From: Pseudodesulfovibrio mercurii
GTDB lineage: Bacteria; Desulfobacterota; Desulfovibrionia; Desulfovibrionales; Desulfovibrionaceae
NCBI RefSeq assembly: GCF_000189295.2
Contig: NC_016803.1
Span: forward strand, 3,780,001 to 3,812,000
DNA: 32,000 nucleotides
Direction: 5' to 3'
Position 1 is the stretch's first letter. Each line of letters begins with the position of its first letter. The notes below the pieces were generated by a model. The model had not been told where the DNA came from. It did no database searches and worked only from the letters and a program-made list of their open reading frames with translations. Positions 26,955 through 32,000 of this stretch are shown here, in pieces. Both the position numbers and the translations under genes were made by a program.

Positions 26955-27397
26955 GACTTCATGAACTCTACGCCTTCCCGGAAGAATACAAGAACCGCAA
27001 GCGCATAGGCCGCGGCTCCGGCTCCGGCTGGGGCAAGACCGCCACCAAGGGCACCAAGGGCCAGAACTCCCGTTCCGGCGGCGGCGTCCGCCCCGGCTTC
27101 GAGGGCGGCCAGATGCCTCTGGCCCGGCGCCTGCCCAAGCGCGGATTCAAGAATCCCTTCCGTGAAGTATACGAAGCCGTGAACGTGGGCCGACTGATCG
27201 CCATGTTCGAAGGCAAGGACGAGATTACCCTGGCCGACATGTACGAGCGCGGCGTCGTCAAGGACGGCGCTCCGGTCAAAGTGCTTGGCACGGGTGACGT
27301 TGACAAGGCCGTGACCATCGAAGCCCATCGCTTCAGTGCGTCCGCTGCCGAGAAGATTGCCCAGGCCGGCGGTACCGCCAAGGCCATTGAAGCATAA
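26951..27397 (+). CDS. rplO: 50S ribosomal protein L15
   Basis: The 148-aa ORF overlaps rpmD in an ATGA junction. It contains GRGSGSGWGKTATKGTKGQNSRSGGGVRPGFEGGQMPL. Confidence 0.98.
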   Translation: MRLHELYAFPEEYKNRKRIGRGSGSGWGKTATKGTKGQNSRSGGGVRPGFEGGQMPLARRLPKRGFKNPFREVYEAVNVGRLIAMFEGKDEITLADMYERGVVKDGAPVKVLGTGDVDKAVTIEAHRFSASAAEKIAQAGGTAKAIEA

Positions 27398-27429
27398 ACG
27401 CACTACTGATTCGGAAGGGTACTGAGACG

Positions 27430-28740
27430 ATGTCAGGAGTTGACAATATTGCCCGGTTGCCGGAGTTGCGGAAAAAGCTGCTCTGGACATTCGCACTGCT
27501 CGCTGTCTACCGGTTGGGCATACATATCCCTATTCCCGGCGTCGACAGTGCCGCGCTTTCCGAGTTCTTCGCGCAGGCGCAGAACACCCTCTTCGGCGTG
27601 TTCGACATGTTCTCCGGCGGTGGACTCAAACGGATGTCCATCTTCGCCCTGGGTATCATGCCGTACATTTCGGCCTCGATCATCCTTCAACTTCTGACCG
27701 TGGTCAGCCCCGAGCTGAAACGGCTCCAGAAGGAGGAAGGCGAGGCCGGCCGCAAGAAGATAACTCAATATACCCGGTACGGCACGGTGCTGATCACCGT
27801 CGTTCAGGGTTTTGCCATCGCCACCGGACTGGAGTCCATGAGCTCGCCCACGGGCGCGCCCATGGTCCTCTACTCCGGGATCAGCTTCAAGCTGATGACG
27901 ATCCTGACCCTGACCGCGGGCACCGTGTTCCTGATGTGGCTGGGCGAACAGATGACGGAGAAGGGCATCGGAAACGGCATCTCGCTGATCATCTACGCGG
28001 GTATCATCGCCGGCCTCCCGGCCGCGGTGATCAACACCCTGCAGCTGATGACCGTGGGCGAGATCTCGCTGTTCATCCTGCTCTTCCTGATCGTGGCCAT
28101 GGTCGCGGTCCTGGCCTTCATCGTGTTCATGGAGCGCGGCCAGCGCCGCATCCCCATCCACTATGCCAAACGTCAGCAGGGGCGGCGCATGTTCGGCGGC
28201 CAGACCACGCATCTGCCGCTGAAGATCAACACGGCCGGCGTCATCCCGCCGATCTTCGCGTCCTCCATCCTGATGTTCCCTGCAACGCTTGCCCAGTTCT
28301 CGAACAACAAGTATTTGCAGGACTTCTCGTCCTACTTCCGGCCCGATTCCATCCTGTACAACATCCTGTACATCGGGATCATCATCTTCTTCTGCTATTT
28401 CTACACGGCGATCATGTTCGATCCCAAGGGAATCGCGGAGAACATCCAGAAGCAGGGCGGCTTCATCCCGGGCATCCGTCCGGGCAACCGCACCCGCGAG
28501 TACATCGACAAGGTGCTCGCCCGCATCACCCTGTGGGGCGCCTTCTATGTCTCGGCGGTCTGCGTGCTGCCCATGGTCCTGATCAGCAAGTTCGGCGTGC
28601 CGTTCTATTTCGGCGGCACCTCGCTGCTGATCGTGGTCGGTGTGGCCATGGACTTCATGGGCCAGATCGAGTCCTACATGATCTCCCGCCAATACGAGGG
28701 ATTGATGGGGAAGGGCAATAAAATCAAAGGCAGGCGCTAG
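27430..28740 (+). CDS. secY: Preprotein translocase subunit SecY
   Basis: The 436-aa multi-TM protein contains LGIMPYISASIILQLL and GISLIIYAGI motifs. It sits in the canonical position after rplO. Confidence 0.98.
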   Translation: MSGVDNIARLPELRKKLLWTFALLAVYRLGIHIPIPGVDSAALSEFFAQAQNTLFGVFDMFSGGGLKRMSIFALGIMPYISASIILQLLTVVSPELKRLQKEEGEAGRKKITQYTRYGTVLITVVQGFAIATGLESMSSPTGAPMVLYSGISFKLMTILTLTAGTVFLMWLGEQMTEKGIGNGISLIIYAGIIAGLPAAVINTLQLMTVGEISLFILLFLIVAMVAVLAFIVFMERGQRRIPIHYAKRQQGRRMFGGQTTHLPLKINTAGVIPPIFASSILMFPATLAQFSNNKYLQDFSSYFRPDSILYNILYIGIIIFFCYFYTAIMFDPKGIAENIQKQGGFIPGIRPGNRTREYIDKVLARITLWGAFYVSAVCVLPMVLISKFGVPFYFGGTSLLIVVGVAMDFMGQIESYMISRQYEGLMGKGNKIKGRR

Positions 28741-28742
28741 TC

Positions 28743-29513
28743 TTGAAAAAGTTTCGGGGCGTCTTCCTCAAGAATGATAAAGAGATTGGCCTCATGCGTG
28801 AGGCCAATCGCATTGTTTCCAGAATTCTCGACGAACTGGGTGAGAACGTCCGACCCGGCGTGTCCACCATGTACTTCGAGAATATCTGCCGCGCACGCTG
28901 CGACGAGTACGGGGTCAGACCGAACTTCCTGGGTTACCAGGGATTTCCCTTCGCCCTGTGCTGCTCGGTCAACGAGGAGATCGTGCACGGCTTTCCCTCC
29001 GAGGAGCGCATCCTCAAGGAGGGCGACATCGTCAGTTTCGACATGGGTGTCGAATACAAGGGATTCCACGGAGACTCGGCCCGGACCTTCGGGGTGGGCC
29101 AGGTTTCCAAAGAAGCGCAGAAACTCATGGATGTAACCCGCGAGTCTCTGTATATAGGGATCGAACAGGCCCGGCCCGGAAACAATCTGTATGACATCTC
29201 CGCGGCAATCCAGTCATACGTGGAAGGGTTCGGCCTGGGCATCGTCCGTCGTTTTGTAGGTCATGGGATCGGCAGTCATCTTCACGAGAAGCCCGAGATC
29301 CCGAACTTCGTGCCCAGGGGGCTGTCCGGCGTTCCTCTCAAAGCCGGAATGGTCCTTGCCATTGAGCCGATGGTCACACTGGGCGCATACGAGGTCGAGA
29401 TTCTCGAGGACAACTGGACTGCGGTGACCAAGGACAGGAATCTGTCCGCTCACTTCGAGCACACCGTCGCCGTGACCCACGATGGACCGAGAATATTGAG
29501 CCTGTCCGACTAG
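28743..29513 (+). CDS. map: Methionine aminopeptidase, type I
   Basis: The 256-aa product has an inferred TTG start at 28743, 2 nt after the secY stop. Metal-ligand context is present (GDIVSFDMG, GHGIGSHLHE, LAIEPM, EHTVAV). The first in-frame ATG, at Met18, would truncate the conserved N-terminus. Confidence 0.92.
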   Translation: MKKFRGVFLKNDKEIGLMREANRIVSRILDELGENVRPGVSTMYFENICRARCDEYGVRPNFLGYQGFPFALCCSVNEEIVHGFPSEERILKEGDIVSFDMGVEYKGFHGDSARTFGVGQVSKEAQKLMDVTRESLYIGIEQARPGNNLYDISAAIQSYVEGFGLGIVRRFVGHGIGSHLHEKPEIPNFVPRGLSGVPLKAGMVLAIEPMVTLGAYEVEILEDNWTAVTKDRNLSAHFEHTVAVTHDGPRILSLSD

Positions 29514-29539
29514 CTCCTCCGGGGGCCTGCAATTCGGGC

Positions 29540-29568
29540 TTGCTCTTTGTTCCAAAAGGCTGTATAAA
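29540..29568 (+). promoter_or_regulatory. Candidate alpha-operon promoter: -35 TTGCTC, 17-nt spacer, TG-adjacent -10 TATAAA
   Basis: TTGCTC lies at 29540-29545 and TATAAA at 29563-29568, with TG at 29561-29562. The site is in the 131-nt map-rpmJ spacer. Confidence 0.45.
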
Positions 29569-29590
29569 ACGCAGCTTCGTTAAAAAGGCC

Positions 29591-29608
29591 ACCCCCCGGC
29601 AGGGGGGT
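29591..29608 (+). promoter_or_regulatory. 7-bp hairpin ACCCCCC-ggca-GGGGGGT in the rpmJ leader
   Basis: Read directly. A/T-rich sequence follows (atgggcattattgttattt), but there is no contiguous T-run. It could be a leaky terminator for the spc/map transcript or a leader structure. Confidence 0.3.
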
Positions 29609-29644
29609 ATGGGCATTATTGTTATTTAGACATTGGAGATGGTC

Positions 29645-29758
29645 ATGAAAGTCAGACCTTCTGTGAAGAAAATGTGTTCCAAGTGCAAAGTAATTCGGCG
29701 CAACGGCGTGCTGCGGGTGATCTGCGAAAATCCCCGGCACAAGCAGCGTCAAGGATAG
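29645..29758 (+). CDS. rpmJ: 50S ribosomal protein L36 (zinc-binding CCCH form)
   Basis: This gene is not in the ORF track (37 aa). It runs from ATG 29645 to TAG 29756-29758, with a GGAGA SD at 29635-29639. Hand translation gives [37 protein letters not shown]. Confidence 0.95.
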   Translation: MKVRPSVKKMCSKCKVIRRNGVLRVICENPRHKQRQG

Positions 29759-29770
29759 AGGGAAAGAACT

Positions 29771-30142
29771 ATGGCACGTATTGCTGGCGTTGATCTGCCG
29801 AGGAACAAGCGCATCGACATCGCGTTGACGTACATTTACGGCATCGGCCGCACCATGGCCATGCAGATTCTCGAGACCACCGGTATCGATTGGACGATGA
29901 GCAGTGACGACCTCACTGCCGACGACGTCAACCAGATTCGCGTCGAGATCGAGAACAACTACAAGGTCGAGGGTGACCTCCGTCGCGAGATCACCACCAA
30001 CATCAAACGGTTGATGGACATCGGCTGCTACCGCGGCCTGCGCCATCGCCGCGGCCTGCCCGTTCGCGGTCAGAAGTCCAAGACCAACGCCCGTACCCGC
30101 AAGGGTCCGCGCCGTTCCGTCATGGGCCGCAAGAAGAAATAG
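29771..30142 (+). CDS. rpsM: 30S ribosomal protein S13
   Basis: The 123-aa product begins [26 protein letters not shown]. Confidence 0.98.
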   Translation: MARIAGVDLPRNKRIDIALTYIYGIGRTMAMQILETTGIDWTMSSDDLTADDVNQIRVEIENNYKVEGDLRREITTNIKRLMDIGCYRGLRHRRGLPVRGQKSKTNARTRKGPRRSVMGRKKK

Positions 30143-30221
30143 CTCGTCATGCGACTTTCGCCGGTGCGCCCGTGAGCGCGCGGGCGTTGTATAAGACTTT
30201 TATTCAACGGAGATTAAGGCA

Positions 30222-30608
30222 ATGGCTAAACCCCGTCGCTCTGGGAAGAAAAAAGAAAAGAAGAATATTCCCGTCGGTATTGCCCACGTCAAGGCCACGT
30301 TCAACAACACGATCGTGACCTTCACCGACGTCAAGGGCAATGTCGTCAGCTGGGCCTCCGCCGGTGCTCACTTCAAGGGTTCCCGGAAGTCCACTCCTTT
30401 CGCGGCACAGATGGCCGCCGAAGCCGCCGCCAAGCGCGCGCAGGATTCCGGCATGCGTACCGTCGGCATCTACGTCAAGGGCCCCGGCTCCGGACGTGAG
30501 GCCGCCATGCGCGCCATCAACAATGTCGGCTTCAAAGTCACTTTCATCCGGGACATCACCCCGATCCCGCACAATGGTTGCCGGCCGCCCAAACGCCGCA
30601 GGGTCTAA
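30222..30608 (+). CDS. rpsK: 30S ribosomal protein S11
   Basis: The 128-aa product contains [30 protein letters not shown] and [17 protein letters not shown]. Confidence 0.98.
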   Translation: MAKPRRSGKKKEKKNIPVGIAHVKATFNNTIVTFTDVKGNVVSWASAGAHFKGSRKSTPFAAQMAAEAAAKRAQDSGMRTVGIYVKGPGSGREAAMRAINNVGFKVTFIRDITPIPHNGCRPPKRRRV

Positions 30609-30623
30609 TTAAGGAGAATTATC

Positions 30624-31250
30624 GTGGCAAGATATACCGAAGCAAAATGCAAGCTGTGCCGCCGCGAGGGAGAGAAGCTCTTCCTCAAGGGTGATCGCTG
30701 CTACACCGACAAGTGCGCCTACGAAAAGCGCCCCTATCCTCCGGGACAGGCCGGCCGCCTTCGCCACAAGATGTCCGACTACGCCGTCCAGCTGCGCGAG
30801 AAGCAGAAGGTCCGCCGCATGTACGGCATTCTTGAAGGCCAGTTCCGCACCTACTACAAGCGCGCTGAAGGCATGAAGGGCGTGGCGGGTCACAACCTGC
30901 TGTTCCTGCTGGAGCGTCGACTCGACAACGTGATCTACCGTCTCGGCTTCGCCAACTCCCGCGACCAGGCTCGTCAGTTGGTCCTCCACGGCATCTTCAA
31001 GCTCAACGGCCGCCGCGTGTCCATCCCGTCCATGCAGGTCAAGGCCGAGGACGTGATCGAGGTCCGCGAGGAAGCCCGCAAGATCCCCGTGATCAACGAG
31101 GCCCAGGAAGTCATCGCCCGCCGCGGCTGCCCCGAGTGGCTGGAATCCGACGGCGCCAACTTCAAGGGCACGGTTAAGGCCATGCCGAGCCGGGAAGACA
31201 TCCAGTTCCCGATCAACGAGCAGCTGATTGTCGAATTGTACTCCAAGTAA
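30624..31250 (+). CDS. rpsD: 30S ribosomal protein S4 (N-terminal Cys4 form)
   Basis: The 208-aa product has a GTG start at 30624 with an AAGGAG SD at 30611-30616. The N-terminus is [36 protein letters not shown], with Cys9/12/26/31. Confidence 0.97.
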   Translation: MARYTEAKCKLCRREGEKLFLKGDRCYTDKCAYEKRPYPPGQAGRLRHKMSDYAVQLREKQKVRRMYGILEGQFRTYYKRAEGMKGVAGHNLLFLLERRLDNVIYRLGFANSRDQARQLVLHGIFKLNGRRVSIPSMQVKAEDVIEVREEARKIPVINEAQEVIARRGCPEWLESDGANFKGTVKAMPSREDIQFPINEQLIVELYSK

Positions 31251-31262
31251 ATAGGGGACTAC

Positions 31263-32000
31263 ATGCTTATTGAGAACGGCGACAAACTCATCAACACCCG
31301 TAACTGGAGCCAACTGGTCAAGCCCGAGGCCCTCGTGCGCGACTCCAAGTCCTCCAAGACGTACGGTAAATTCATCTGCGAACCTCTGGAGCGCGGCTAC
31401 GCCACCACCATCGGCAACGCCATGCGCCGGGTTCTTCTCTCCTCCATGCAGGGGTGTGCCATCGTGTCCGCCTCCATCGAGGGAGTGCAGCATGAGTTCA
31501 CCACGTTGCCGGGGGTGCTTGAGGATATGACCGAGGTAGTGCTGAACCTGAAGCAGGTTCGCATCGCCATGACCACGGACGAGCCCCAGCGCTTGGTCCT
31601 CGAAGCCAACAAGAAGGGGCAGGTCACGGCCGGCATGATCCAGGAAAACCAGAATGTGACCATTCTGAACAAGGATCAGCTCATCGCCACCCTGACCGAA
31701 AATCGCCCCCTGAAGATGGAATTGGAAGTCCGCATGGGCAAGGGTTACGTTCCGGCCGACATGCATGAAGGGCTGACCGACGAAATCGGCTCCATGGTCC
31801 TCGACGCCAGCTACTCCCCCGTCAAGAAGGTCGCGTATTCCGTCGAACAGGCGCGCGTCGGCCAGATGACGAACTACGACAAGCTCATCCTGGAAGTGTG
31901 GACCGACGGTTCCGTCACTCCCGAGGATGCCTGTGCATACAGCGCCAAGATTCTCAAGGACCAGCTTTCGGTGTTCATCAACTTCGATGAATCCTCCTCC
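31263..32000 (+). CDS. rpoA: DNA-directed RNA polymerase subunit alpha (3'-truncated by window end)
   Basis: The frame is open from ATG 31263 to the window end (246 codons), so it is absent from the ORF track. Hand translation gives [24 protein letters not shown]...[26 protein letters not shown]...[35 protein letters not shown], which is a typical alpha N-terminal domain. Confidence 0.95.
   Translation, partial: MLIENGDKLINTRNWSQLVKPEALVRDSKSSKTYGKFICEPLERGYATTIGNAMRRVLLSSMQGCAIVSASIEGVQHEFTTLPGVLEDMTEVVLNLKQVRIAMTTDEPQRLVLEANKKGQVTAGMIQENQNVTILNKDQLIATLTENRPLKMELEVRMGKGYVPADMHEGLTDEIGSMVLDASYSPVKKVAYSVEQARVGQMTNYDKLILEVWTDGSVTPEDACAYSAKILKDQLSVFINFDESSS

Overview
This window is core housekeeping DNA, and I found no evidence of an accessory, mobile, defence or otherwise novel system. 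On the + strand it carries one nearly uninterrupted, co-directional translation/transcription supercluster. The order is tRNA-Thr/Tyr/Gly, tuf, rpmG, tRNA-Trp, secE, nusG, rplK-rplA-rplJ-rplL, rpoB-rpoC, rpsL-rpsG-fusA. The S10 block follows (rpsJ-rplC-rplD-rplW-rplB-rpsS-rplV-rpsC-rplP-rpmC-rpsQ). It is fused to the spc block (rplN-rplX-rplE-rpsZ-rpsH-rplF-rplR-rpsE-rpmD-rplO-secY-map). The alpha block comes last (rpmJ-rpsM-rpsK-rpsD-rpoA, with rpoA cut by the window end). The only minus-strand gene is a Dus-family tRNA-dihydrouridine synthase at the 5' end, divergent from the tRNA operon. The DNA is GC-rich with strong GC3 bias. The protein sequences and gene order look Desulfovibrionales-like, but that is inference from memory, not a search. 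Three small genes missing from the ORF track were found by hand: rpmG, rpmJ and the 3'-open rpoA. Several ORF-track entries were trimmed to conserved N-termini with Shine-Dalgarno support (dus, tuf, nusG, rpoB, rpsG, rplC, rplW, rplE, rplR, rpmD). Non-ATG starts are inferred for fusA, rpsZ, rpsD and rpmD (GTG) and for map (TTG). The very long antisense and off-frame ORFs (up to 1367 aa) are codon-aligned shadow ORFs, explained by near-total avoidance of TTA/CTA/TCA codons. No CRISPR array, IS element, integrase, long repeat or pseudogene was seen. Second-look items are modest. They are structured intergenic leaders, a tRNA-operon 3' trailer where a fourth tRNA might be expected, a Cys4 motif in L24, a Pro-rich RpoB tail, and a repeat-bearing divergent promoter region.
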